Source: an uncultured Candidatus Saccharibacteria bacterium (GTDB lineage Bacteria > Patescibacteriota > Minisyncoccia > Phycocordibacterales > UBA5272). From it: a stretch of 32,058 bases of DNA. The translations under genes and the position numbers were made by a program. The stretch covers positions 1 to 32,058 of the forward strand of contig CAYJDH010000001.1 of assembly GCA_964368915.1 (NCBI GenBank), written 5' to 3'. The notes beneath the pieces were generated by a model. The model did no database searches. It was not told the origin of the DNA and saw nothing but the letters and a program-made list of their open reading frames with translations. The number at the start of each line of letters is the position of its first letter. The stretch's first letter is position 1. Below, piece by piece: positions 1 to 7,818 of the stretch.

Positions 1-105
1 CAGGCACAAGCTGATAAAATGCTAACCAACATGGCAGATCACAAACAAGGTGAACGTAAAGGTAAAAACATGAAGATTGGTCACTTCAAAAAACATAATC
101 AATAA
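1..105 (+). CDS. 3' end of an unidentified CDS entering from the left edge (ends ...KIGHFKKHNQ*)
   Basis: Frame 1 is open from base 1 to TAA at 103-105 (35 codons, too short for the ORF track). A hairpin terminator follows at 155-171. No motif recognised. Confidence 0.3.
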   Translation, partial: QAQADKMLTNMADHKQGERKGKNMKIGHFKKHNQ

Positions 106-154
106 AAATCACAACAACAAATACAATACAATAAAAAAGGCAGAAATAAAAAAA

Positions 155-171
155 GGCCCGCTTCGCGGGCC
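155..171. terminator. Rho-independent terminator hairpin, GGCCCGC-TTC-GCGGGCC
   Basis: Perfect 7-bp GC stem. On the minus strand it is followed by a T7 run (A-run 148-154 on plus), 38 nt downstream of the stop of CDS 209-1423. A second small hairpin, CTGGTC-ATG-GACCAG, lies at 181-195. Confidence 0.7.
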
Positions 172-208
172 TTTGCTGTACTGGTCATGGACCAGACATA
201 TAGGGTTG

Positions 209-1423
209 TTACTTTTTCAGCACCTTGCCGGTTTTGGGATCCCGGCAGACAGTGGTCTTTGTTGTCACCGTTTCGCAATGCGGCTTCTTCGCTTCTTTCC
301 CTGCAATATAGGACAGGGACTTGCCGCGATACTTTCGCTGCATAGCCGGAGTAATGATGAGACGTTGCTCCACTACTGCTGGCTGTGCCACAACTGGTGA
401 TGGCACTGGCGACGAGACGACGACAGCTGGGGCCGGTGGTGTTGGTGGGGTTGGCTTCTCAACGAAAAGAGGACAGTCTTCGGTGTCGTAGTGAGTAATC
501 ACATATTGTGATGCTCCACTACTACCGAATGATGCTCCGGCTGATGAGCCTGCCACACTGTTGCCGCCAGCACCGAGCTGATTACTCGACCCGAAGGTCA
601 CAGTGACCTTTGTCGTTGTAACAGCGTGACCCCAGTAGCTTTCTTTGCCACCAGGACCCTTAATTGTGCGATATTCTTTCGGATCTTCTTTCTTGATCTG
701 CGTGTACGTATAGTCACGCTTCCAAGGGATTAATCCGAACAGAATTGACACCTCTGCTGCCACCGGGCGGTCCTCTACCAGGACGCGAGGTCCGCATCCT
801 TTCGGGGAAATCACCGTCATCGTCGCGCCGACGATCGGAGCTGCGCCGTTTGGTACAGAGTAAGACGCAAATACATACGACTTACTGTTGTCAGTAACAT
901 TGCTCACTGACCGATCACTCGCATCAATGCTCGCGTTCACACCTGAAGTGCTTGGTCCGGAGGTTGCAGTGGATGGTCCCGTCGTAACGTTTCCAATCGC
1001 TGCTGCACCGCCTTGACCGACACCACCCTGTCCACCGCCGCCACCAGTTGCCGTTGATGTTGAGGCACCAGTGGTTGCTGTGTTGGGCCCAACATTAACT
1101 CCCACATTCGCTGCAGCGGCTGCATTGGCTGCTGCTTGCGCTGCGGCCTGAGCGGCTGCCGACGAGTTACTCGTACTACTTGAGCTACTCGACGGAGGAG
1201 CCGGAGGTGTTGGAGGAGGAGGAGGCGGGGGTGGAGGCGGCGGAGGATTGACACAATATCGCGTCACGGGGTCGTAAACCTTCCCCGCAGGACACACGTT
1301 ACAGGCCGGATAGCTTGAGTTGAGTGCCCCGTTATTGCAGTAAGTAGCAAACGCCGGTCGTGCGAAAATCAAAAAGAATAACGCAACAATCGGAATCAGT
1401 AACCTGAGAATCTTTCGATTCAT
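209..1423 (-). CDS. GC-rich cassette 1: secreted low-complexity protein (Pro12 run, Ala/Gln, Gly and Ser/Thr tracts) with an N-terminal Cys motif and a globular central part
   Basis: 404-aa ORF with ATG at 1423 and GGGAGA 7 nt upstream. Signal peptide MNRKILRLLIPIVALFFLIFARPAFA. G/C-ending codons, 63% GC at 1021-1080. Family not recognised. Confidence 0.75.
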   Translation of the reverse strand: MNRKILRLLIPIVALFFLIFARPAFATYCNNGALNSSYPACNVCPAGKVYDPVTRYCVNPPPPPPPPPPPPTPPAPPSSSSSSTSNSSAAAQAAAQAAANAAAAANVGVNVGPNTATTGASTSTATGGGGGQGGVGQGGAAAIGNVTTGPSTATSGPSTSGVNASIDASDRSVSNVTDNSKSYVFASYSVPNGAAPIVGATMTVISPKGCGPRVLVEDRPVAAEVSILFGLIPWKRDYTYTQIKKEDPKEYRTIKGPGGKESYWGHAVTTTKVTVTFGSSNQLGAGGNSVAGSSAGASFGSSGASQYVITHYDTEDCPLFVEKPTPPTPPAPAVVVSSPVPSPVVAQPAVVEQRLIITPAMQRKYRGKSLSYIAGKEAKKPHCETVTTKTTVCRDPKTGKVLKK

Positions 1424-1511
1424 AAATGTTTCTCCCGAAAAAAGTTAATATCAATGATCAATGACATCGGAACAAAGGGTCTTTTCAAACTCTTTGCACC
1501 AATAGGAACAA

Positions 1512-1540
1512 ACACTACTTTAATAGTGCTTGTTTGTCAA
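1512..1540 (-). promoter_or_regulatory. Putative sigma70-type promoter of cassette 1
   Basis: Minus strand reads TTGACA (1540-1535), 17 bp, TAGTGT (1517-1512). It has the same TTGACAA start as the other cassette promoters, but the -10 is weaker. Confidence 0.45.
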
Positions 1541-1550
1541 TGTTTTGATT

Positions 1551-2057
1551 CTATAACCTCCTGCTGTCATATGCCCAGTGAAGTAACGCCTGTCTCTGTC
1601 TCGGGCGGCAGAACACATCCCCTATTCTGCATGCCCCCTGGAGCCAGATTATGTGTCTCCTCATCGCTATCCATCTCTTGATCTGTCTCTCATCATCTGT
1701 GTGTCTGCGACCCATATAATAACGACAATACCATTGGAACCAGCCGCGCGGGTCATCCTCATGTATCCACCCCTTTTCTCTCCAAATTTGCAAACTTTGA
1801 CTAGCTTTGATTTTAAAATAATTTAAATTCTTGTCATACTTTTCACTATTTAGCTTTGCATTTGTATACCAGTCTGATGGGAACTCATCTCTGCAGTCTG
1901 TCATGTATTTACCACCAAACACACCCAGCTCGAGCATCTCTTTTGGTGTTAGATCTGGACGAAAATTGCTATCAAAATTTTCTCCCATTTTTTCTGAGAG
2001 GATATATTCGTAACCCTTTTGCATCTTATCGTTTACTACTACTTTTTTGATAGCCAT
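1551..2057 (-). CDS. Conserved-looking hypothetical cytoplasmic protein (168 aa) with a Trp/Arg-rich C-terminal motif
   Basis: ATG-initiated ORF with no signal peptide. Motif GWFQWYCRYYMGRRHTDDERQIKRW. Family not recognised with certainty. GC rises toward the 3' end. Confidence 0.6.
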   Translation of the reverse strand: MAIKKVVVNDKMQKGYEYILSEKMGENFDSNFRPDLTPKEMLELGVFGGKYMTDCRDEFPSDWYTNAKLNSEKYDKNLNYFKIKASQSLQIWREKGWIHEDDPRGWFQWYCRYYMGRRHTDDERQIKRWIAMRRHIIWLQGACRIGDVFCRPRQRQALLHWAYDSRRL

Positions 2058-2088
2058 ACAGACACAGGATACAACTTAAAACAATTTA

Positions 2089-2107
2089 GCGGAAGTGGTG
2101 AGATTCG
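2089..2107 (-). repeat. 19-bp direct copy of the 3' end of tRNA-Ser (att-like remnant)
   Basis: GCGGAAGTGGTGAGATTCG at 2089-2107 is identical to 2242-2260, which covers the acceptor 3' strand and half of the T arm of the tRNA at 2243-2327. Confidence 0.8.
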
Positions 2108-2204
2108 GTCACCTCGCATATGTTTTTCTTTTCGTTCTACTAACTCAATAAAAACATTGCTCCTCGACCCCTATTCTCATCTCAACAGACACCCACAATA
2201 TTCC

Positions 2205-2235
2205 AAAACAAATCTGCATTTAGCAGATTTGTTTT
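2205..2235. terminator. Bidirectional terminator hairpin downstream of tRNA-Ser
   Basis: Perfect 13-bp stem AAAACAAATCTGC / GCAGATTTGTTTT with loop ATTTA. The stem ends in a T-run on either strand. Confidence 0.7.
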
Positions 2236-2242
2236 GTGATTG

Positions 2243-2327
2243 CGGAAGTGGTGAGATTCGAACTCACGGACCTTTGACAGTCGTCTGTTTTCAAGACAGG
2301 TGCCTTAAACCACTCGGCCACACTTCC
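2243..2327 (-). tRNA. tRNA-Ser (anticodon UGA), long variable arm, no encoded CCA
   Basis: The reverse complement folds as a cloverleaf. Acceptor GGAAGTG/CACTTCC, anticodon loop CTTGAAA, 16-nt variable arm, T arm GTGAG-TTCGAAT-CTCAC, discriminator G. Length 85 nt. Confidence 0.9.
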
Positions 2328-2376
2328 TTATAGCTTAGTATTCTAACACGCTATTGTGTATTTTTCCAGTCTTGAT

Positions 2377-2727
2377 TTACGGTAAAGAAAACTCCTTTTT
2401 AATGGCATCTCCAACCAAAGAATACATAACATCTATACCGTTCTCATTAAACCTTGGGAATATCTCTCTCAGTAACGGCGATGGTATAGCTATGATATCT
2501 TGAGGTAATTTCAAAGTAAAAACTCTCACGTTGCCATCTTTTCTTTCTACCTCGAGAACAATTTTGTCAGGTTTAGATGTTTTATAATACTTACCAATAA
2601 TTGATTTTATTTCTGGTGACGCATGGAAACTTTCTGGCATCCCCTTCACGGCAACGAGTTTGCTTTCTTCTTTTCCACCAGCCTCTATTTTAGAGTTTAA
2701 TCTTGGACTCTGTTCCATATACCTCAT
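2377..2727 (-). CDS. Hypothetical protein (116 aa; true start may be the ATG at 2718)
   Basis: Backbone-like AT-rich ORF with no recognisable motifs. A -10 hexamer abuts the first ATG, so the fourth codon (MEQSPR...) is a plausible leaderless start. Confidence 0.5.
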   Translation of the reverse strand: MRYMEQSPRLNSKIEAGGKEESKLVAVKGMPESFHASPEIKSIIGKYYKTSKPDKIVLEVERKDGNVRVFTLKLPQDIIAIPSPLLREIFPRFNENGIDVMYSLVGDAIKKEFSLP

Positions 2728-2735
2728 AGTATACT
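2728..2735. promoter_or_regulatory. Palindromic AGTATACT giving overlapping TATACT -10 boxes for two divergent genes
   Basis: Plus-strand TATACT (2730-2735) lies 6 nt before ATG 2742. Minus-strand TATACT (2733-2728) lies directly before ATG 2727 and 9 nt before ATG 2718. The whole intergenic gap is 14 bp. Confidence 0.4.
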
Positions 2736-2741
2736 ATATTC

Positions 2742-3506
2742 ATGTTTTCATTTGTACTAGTATTTTTAGTGGCTATTGTTGTTTTCATTTTCGCCATATT
2801 TAAAAAGGATAATTCTATTGCTGACATATGTTATTCATATGGATTTATGGCGGCGGCGATCTCATCTCTATTTTTAAATGAGAACGTTTCAACACAAAAA
2901 GTAATAGTGACATACCTAGTTCTCATTTGGGGCATCAGATTGTCATACAGAATATATATGAAAAATGCTGGCAAACCAGAGGACTTTAGATATGCTGCTT
3001 GGCGGGCGTTATGGATGAAAAATGGTAAGACATATTTTTATACACGCAGCCTGCTCCAGGTATTCATCTTGCAGGCCGTCATCGCAGCTGTCATCGTCTC
3101 CCCCGTTGTGCTGTTTGCTGGTGAGACAAAGTACTTTTATATCGGTGTGGCCGTTTGGGTGTTTGGATTCCTATTTGAGGCGATCGGTGACTATCAATTA
3201 GACACATTTATCAAAAGTAACATAGAAACTGGAAAGCGAGGCATCATGACGAGCGGTCTATGGCGACACACCAGACATCCAAACTATTTTGGTGAGGCAA
3301 CAATGTGGTGGGGTATATTCATAGCAACATTCACGCCTGAGCGATGGTGGCTAATCGTATCACCTCTACTTATTACTTACTTACTCCGATTTGTCTCTGG
3401 TGTTCCTATGTTAGAAAAAAGATGGGATGAAAGTCCTGACGAAAACATCCGCAAATCCTGGCAGGAATACAAATCAAAAACTAACGCAATGGTACCGTGG
3501 TTCTAA
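2742..3506 (+). CDS. DUF1295 / steroid 5-alpha-reductase-like polytopic membrane protein
   Basis: 254 aa with multiple TM segments. C-terminal LWRHTRHPNYFGEATMWWG motif is characteristic of the DUF1295/ICMT-like fold family. Confidence 0.75.
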   Translation: MFSFVLVFLVAIVVFIFAIFKKDNSIADICYSYGFMAAAISSLFLNENVSTQKVIVTYLVLIWGIRLSYRIYMKNAGKPEDFRYAAWRALWMKNGKTYFYTRSLLQVFILQAVIAAVIVSPVVLFAGETKYFYIGVAVWVFGFLFEAIGDYQLDTFIKSNIETGKRGIMTSGLWRHTRHPNYFGEATMWWGIFIATFTPERWWLIVSPLLITYLLRFVSGVPMLEKRWDESPDENIRKSWQEYKSKTNAMVPWF

Positions 3507-3513
3507 AAAGTTT

Positions 3514-3954
3514 TTAAATTAAACAGCTTTGCACGTAATCAAGCGCCTTCTCTTTCGTTGCAATAGAAATAATTTCTGATTTATATCCAAAATATTTTAA
3601 TATTAAATCTTTTTCTTGCGCTTCGATTTCCGTGAAATTTTCTATACCGACAGAATTATCGACAACAATTACTTTATGATCCCCATCTTTTCTTTTGAGC
3701 ATCCCTATCACACTAACCTCGACGACATCCCCTGTATTGTAAATCTCTGACGATAAGATTATCGCATCCACATTATCCTTCTCCTCGCTATTGATTGTAT
3801 CGTTTATATATCCGTAACAAACAGGCATTACCCCTCCGTTCACAGGGATCTGGTCTTTAATTGGACCTAGATCTACAAAACCGGAGTTATCATAAGACAT
3901 GTGGATACGTCTATCTGACCCTTTTGGTATTTCAACTGTTACGCAATATTTCAA
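3514..3954 (-). CDS. ppa: Inorganic pyrophosphatase-like protein (family I fold, divergent and short)
   Basis: VTVEIPKGS...MPVCYGYINDT...EKDNVDAIIL...KDGDHKVIVV aligns by eye with E. coli Ppa (IEIPAN..YPCNYGYINHT..DGDPVDVLV..EDAKLVAV). The track start at 4002 lies inside the tRNA, so I place the start at TTG 3954, 1 nt after the tRNA 3' end. An ATG at 3900 would remove the EIPKGS motif. Confidence 0.55.
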   Translation of the reverse strand: MKYCVTVEIPKGSDRRIHMSYDNSGFVDLGPIKDQIPVNGGVMPVCYGYINDTINSEEKDNVDAIILSSEIYNTGDVVEVSVIGMLKRKDGDHKVIVVDNSVGIENFTEIEAQEKDLILKYFGYKSEIISIATKEKALDYVQSCLI

Positions 3955-3955
3955 G

Positions 3956-4027
3956 TGCTCTCGGTAGGAATCGAACCTACATCGTGGGTACCGCAAACCC
4001 ATATTCTATCCATTGAACTACGAGAGC
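3956..4027 (-). tRNA. tRNA-Arg (anticodon GCG), no encoded CCA
   Basis: Reverse-complement cloverleaf. Acceptor GCTCTCG/CGAGAGC, anticodon stem TGGGT/ACCCA, loop TTGCGGT, T arm GTAGG-TTCGATT-CCTAC. Length 72 nt. Confidence 0.8.
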
Positions 4028-4033
4028 TAATCC

Positions 4034-4058
4034 AGAGCCGCGCCGTAGGCGCGGCTCT
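4034..4058. other. GC-rich hairpin between rpsT and tRNA-Arg (processing site or weak terminator)
   Basis: AGAGCCGCGCC-GTA-GGCGCGGCTCT is an 11-bp stem. There is no T-run on the minus strand, so read-through into the tRNA is plausible. Confidence 0.45.
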
Positions 4059-4074
4059 TTGGTGTTACTTACTT

Positions 4075-4338
4075 TTACTTTGAAACCTTTGCGATTGCTT
4101 TTGCTAGACGAGACTTTTTACGGTCTGCAGTCCCCTTTTTGATTGTTCCTCTCTTTGCTGCTTTGTCTAACGCTTTAAAAGCTGCAGAAAGGTTGTCTTT
4201 CGCACTCGAGTCGCTCTTTGCAACCTTTGCACGCACTGTTTTAACAGCCTCCTTCATAGTTTTCGACAAACGGTCATTGATAACCTTTTTGCGATCGCTA
4301 ACGCGGAGAGCCTTTTTTGCTGATTTGGTAATTGCCAT
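4075..4338 (-). CDS. rpsT: 30S ribosomal protein S20
   Basis: MAITKSAKKALRVSDRKKVINDR...KGTADRKKSRLAKAI matches the S20 pattern. The start was moved from the track's 4359 to the ATG at 4338. Confidence 0.9.
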   Translation of the reverse strand: MAITKSAKKALRVSDRKKVINDRLSKTMKEAVKTVRAKVAKSDSSAKDNLSAAFKALDKAAKRGTIKKGTADRKKSRLAKAIAKVSK

Positions 4339-4364
4339 ATGAGAGGCATAATACCACACTTTTA

Positions 4365-4373
4365 TGTTATAAT
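4365..4373 (+). promoter_or_regulatory. Extended -10 promoter (TGTTATAAT) of leaderless ruvA
   Basis: TG at 4365-4366 and TATAAT at 4368-4373. The ATG at 4380 lies 6 nt downstream and there is no Shine-Dalgarno. Confidence 0.6.
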
Positions 4374-4379
4374 CAAAGG

Positions 4380-4949
4380 ATGATAGGATATCTCGCGGGA
4401 CAAATCAAACTCATAGAAAGCGACAAGATAATCTTGGAAAATCAAAACGTTGGGTACGAGATACTGCTCCCCCTCTCTAGCCTGATAACACTCAAAACGT
4501 CTCAAAGTCTGGAGCTATACATACATACACATGTTCGCGAGGATCAGTTCACTCTGTTTGGATTTTTCGAAGAAAAAGAGAGGCAGCTTTTTAGAAAGTT
4601 AATCAGTGTGTCTGGTGTTGGCCCAAAGTCAGCTCTTAATATATTGTCTGTTGCTACGCCCAGCACCATAGTGCGCGCAGTTGGCTCTGGCAATGCTGAC
4701 ATGTTTCCAAAAGTTCCTGGCGTTGGTAGAAAAACTATTGAGAAGATAATAATAGAACTAAAGAACTCATTCTCAGTTGATGAGATGGCAAGTGATGAGA
4801 GTGAGAATTCGCATGATGCACGCCTAGCCCTCGAGACACTCGGATACTCTTCGAAAGACATAGCAACTGTGATAGGAAAAATAGACAAGACATTGTCTAT
4901 GAATGACATCATACGCCAAGCTCTTCAAATTTTATCAAAGACAAAGTAA
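4380..4949 (+). CDS. ruvA: Holliday junction branch migration complex subunit RuvA
   Basis: Canonical MIGYLAGQI N-terminus. HhH motifs LISVSGVGPKSALNIL and VPGVGRKTIEKII. Small C-terminal domain III. Confidence 0.9.
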   Translation: MIGYLAGQIKLIESDKIILENQNVGYEILLPLSSLITLKTSQSLELYIHTHVREDQFTLFGFFEEKERQLFRKLISVSGVGPKSALNILSVATPSTIVRAVGSGNADMFPKVPGVGRKTIEKIIIELKNSFSVDEMASDESENSHDARLALETLGYSSKDIATVIGKIDKTLSMNDIIRQALQILSKTK

Positions 4950-4958
4950 AATAGAATC

Positions 4959-6191
4959 ATGAACTCACACATTGAAAAAGCTTTACGCAAAATAGAAAAA
5001 CTCGTCCCTAGAAAAGTCTATAAGTTTTTCCAACCGGCATATCACTTTGTCCTAGCTTTGGTCGGAGCAATCATATACAGATACCCAGCAAGAGATATAC
5101 ATGTAATAGCGGTGACAGGAACAAAAGGTAAATCAACCACGACAGAGTTTGTGAATGCGATATTAGAAGAAGCTGGGTACAAGACCGCAATACTGTCTAC
5201 TATTCGTTTTAAAATAGCTGACCACAACAAGCCAAATATGTACAAGATGACAATGCCTGGGAGATTTTTCGTGCAAAAGTTCCTCCGTGAATCTGTAGAT
5301 GCTGGTTGCCAATATGCAATAGTTGAGATGACTAGTGAGGGAGCTAAAATGTGGCGTCACGCATTCACATCACTCAACACTCTGATATTTACAAATCTAA
5401 CACCAGAACATATCGAGTCTCATGGGTCATTTGAAAAGTATCGTGATGCGAAGCTAGGTCTGGCTCGTGCTGTAGCTCGCAGCTGGAAACAAAATACAAA
5501 AGTCATAGCCAACGCCGACGACAAACATGGACCACACTTTTTAATATATAACGTAGACCAAAATATACCCTATTTTGAAAAAGACGCCAAGAAAATTAAA
5601 ATCAATATACCTGGAGAATTCAACAAAGTTAACGCTTTGGCTGCGGCAACTTTTGCGCGCAGTATAGGTGTATCAGAAGACAACATAACAAATGCCTTGG
5701 CACATCTGACACATATACCAGGACGCGTAGAGGAGATAAATGCTGGTCAGGATTTTAAAGTCGTTGTTGACTATGCACACACCGCAGACAGCCTAGAAAA
5801 ATTATACAAGACATACAAAGGCAGCAAAATAGCCGTTATCGGGTCATGTGGTGGTGGTAGAGACAAGGCCAAGCGCCCGATACTAGGCGCATTGGCTGAC
5901 AAATATTGCGACACGGTGATAGTTACCGACGAGGACCCTTATGATGATGATGTTGATGAGATAATTAACGACGTGGCGAGCGGGGTCACAACTCAAGATC
6001 CAATAATAGAAGCAGATCGCAGATCAGCAATCAGGCTCGCAATATCAAAAGCAAAAACTGGTGACACTGTACTGATAACAGGCAAAGGTACTGATCCATA
6101 TATCATGCGTGCCAATGGTGAGAGAGAAATTTGGAGTGACTCGAGGGTGGCGAGAGAGGAAATAGAAAAGTTTTTAGCAACAACGGTATAA
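4959..6191 (+). CDS. murE: Mur ligase family protein, MurE-like (UDP-MurNAc-tripeptide synthetase) with a short N-terminus
   Basis: VTGTKGKSTT P-loop, FTNLTPEHIESHG, VDYAHTADSLEKL, GGGRDKAKRP, TDEDPYDDD and GKGTDPY follow MurE motif order. TAAAAT (4947-4952) lies 6 nt before the ATG. Confidence 0.65.
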   Translation: MNSHIEKALRKIEKLVPRKVYKFFQPAYHFVLALVGAIIYRYPARDIHVIAVTGTKGKSTTTEFVNAILEEAGYKTAILSTIRFKIADHNKPNMYKMTMPGRFFVQKFLRESVDAGCQYAIVEMTSEGAKMWRHAFTSLNTLIFTNLTPEHIESHGSFEKYRDAKLGLARAVARSWKQNTKVIANADDKHGPHFLIYNVDQNIPYFEKDAKKIKINIPGEFNKVNALAAATFARSIGVSEDNITNALAHLTHIPGRVEEINAGQDFKVVVDYAHTADSLEKLYKTYKGSKIAVIGSCGGGRDKAKRPILGALADKYCDTVIVTDEDPYDDDVDEIINDVASGVTTQDPIIEADRRSAIRLAISKAKTGDTVLITGKGTDPYIMRANGEREIWSDSRVAREEIEKFLATTV

Positions 6192-6201
6192 TCTTTTTAA
6201 T

Positions 6202-7134
6202 ATGCCTGAGTTACCAGAGGTAGAGTCGTTGCGTACCGGATTAGAAAAAGTTTTAAAGTCTAGAACGATAAAAAACATAGAGATAAGAAATGGAAAACTA
6301 GTGAGTGGGTCAGGCACAAAGAGGTCTATAAATAAAAAGAAAAATATTGAGTTTGTGGACAATTTAAAAGACAAGAAAATATTGTCAGTGAAAAGACGTG
6401 CTAAAAATATTTTTATTGAGCTCGACACAAAAGAAATAATATTGGTACATCTAAAAATGACAGGGCAATTGGTGTACGAGCCTCCTACGCTAAAGCTTCG
6501 AAGCCCAGAAAATACAGTAAGAAATAATATAGTGACGGGTGGACACCCAATAGAGGAGTCGTATAGGCAGACCCTCCCCCACAAACATACACATATAATA
6601 TTCACACTCGACAGTGGGACTCTTTATTATAATGACGTGCGCAAATTTGGCTATGTTTTGTATTATAAAAGTATAGACGCAGCAGTAGATGCAAAACATT
6701 TTTCAAAAATAGGACTAGAGCCTTTTGATCCAGCTTTTACATTTACATATTTTAGAGATGAAATAAAAAAGAAAAATAAAGCATTAAAAACAGTGCTCCT
6801 TGAGCAATCGGTAGTTGTAGGTTGCGGCAACATATATGCAGATGAGGTGTGCTTTGCCTCAAAAGTTTTGCCTGGCAGGAATTGTAAGACACTCACCGAT
6901 GCAGAAGCAAAACTAATACACAAAAATATTATCAAAATCTTGCAGCGCGCTATAGATCTTGGTGGCTCATCTATATCTGACTATCTGCTCGCCGATGGCA
7001 GCCGTGGCAACTTTGCTCGCGAGCACAAGGTATATGGCAGAGCTGGAGAAAAATGTGTAGTCTGTAAAAACATCTTAGAAAAGTCCACCATCGCCGGCCG
7101 CACCACAGTCTTCTGCCCTATTTGCCAGAAATAA
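6202..7134 (+). CDS. mutM: Formamidopyrimidine-DNA glycosylase (Fpg/MutM), with insertions relative to typical ~270-aa enzymes
   Basis: MPELPEVE N-terminus, H2TH region, C-terminal zinc finger CVVC...CPICQ. Confidence 0.9.
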   Translation: MPELPEVESLRTGLEKVLKSRTIKNIEIRNGKLVSGSGTKRSINKKKNIEFVDNLKDKKILSVKRRAKNIFIELDTKEIILVHLKMTGQLVYEPPTLKLRSPENTVRNNIVTGGHPIEESYRQTLPHKHTHIIFTLDSGTLYYNDVRKFGYVLYYKSIDAAVDAKHFSKIGLEPFDPAFTFTYFRDEIKKKNKALKTVLLEQSVVVGCGNIYADEVCFASKVLPGRNCKTLTDAEAKLIHKNIIKILQRAIDLGGSSISDYLLADGSRGNFAREHKVYGRAGEKCVVCKNILEKSTIAGRTTVFCPICQK

Positions 7135-7139
7135 AAAAC

Positions 7140-7158
7140 GCCCCGAACAAGTCGGGGC
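7140..7158. terminator. Bidirectional terminator shared by mutM (+) and cassette 2 (-)
   Basis: GCCCCGA-ACAAG-TCGGGGC, with an A-run (7133-7138) upstream and T5 (7159-7163) downstream. Confidence 0.75.
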
Positions 7159-7179
7159 TTTTTCGCCGACTGCCCTGGT

Positions 7180-7698
7180 TTAGGTCAGTCGGATGATAGG
7201 TCGCTCATGATGAGCGAGCATGCGGGTTGCTTGTGTCGCCTTGTTTTGCGCCATTTCGATCAGCTCGACGTATCCTTCACGGATACGATCGAGTTTCGTC
7301 ATGGGCACAGCCGCAGTGACCAAGGTCTCGGCATTGCTGCAATCAGGATCGGATGTCACCAGGGCGACTGCGGGCATCACTGTGTAGTCGGTGCCGACAG
7401 TCTCTGGCTCAACGTTGACGACAGCAGCGGTCCACACGTCTTTCGGCGAGAGGAACAAGTTGAAGTCGGGCACCTCTTGCGAGTTCTTGCCTTCAATCTT
7501 CACAGCCTTCGGATTGTCGGTCGTGTTAACGACTGACAGAAGGGTATTGGTACCGGCGCGAACCGTGTAGTACGGATAGACCAGCGCTTGACCAAGGCCA
7601 TCACCGTTGATGTAAACGGCGTTGGCGGCACCTGCCATAGCGAGGGCGCCAGCACCCGCCAGAGCGGATAACAGGGCCTTTTGCTTGAACGTATTCAT
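7180..7698 (-). CDS. GC-rich cassette 2: secreted protein of unknown function (172 aa precursor)
   Basis: Start placed at ATG 7698 (MNTFKQKALLSALAGAGALAMAGAANA signal peptide), with GAGGAG 12 nt upstream. The track's TTG at 7752 adds a non-signal extension. 60% GC at 7321-7380. Confidence 0.7.
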   Translation of the reverse strand: MNTFKQKALLSALAGAGALAMAGAANAVYINGDGLGQALVYPYYTVRAGTNTLLSVVNTTDNPKAVKIEGKNSQEVPDFNLFLSPKDVWTAAVVNVEPETVGTDYTVMPAVALVTSDPDCSNAETLVTAAVPMTKLDRIREGYVELIEMAQNKATQATRMLAHHERPIIRLT

Positions 7699-7818
7699 AG
7701 TTAGATTTGACTCCTCTGCATTGAGTTTTTGAGTGAACACTTGTAGAATCAACGGCTCTTTGAGGCCGGGGAACGGAATGTTTCTGACGGGGTCTCCTCC
7801 AGAACATTTCTAATTAAA

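Noticed and set aside
937-1254. A 105-aa alternative minus-strand frame, and the plus-strand ORF 77-400, overlapping cassette 1
   Set aside because: They are Arg/Leu/Gln-rich frames created by the Pro/Ala/Gly codon repeats. Neither has independent start signals. ORF 77-400 runs straight through the terminator hairpin.
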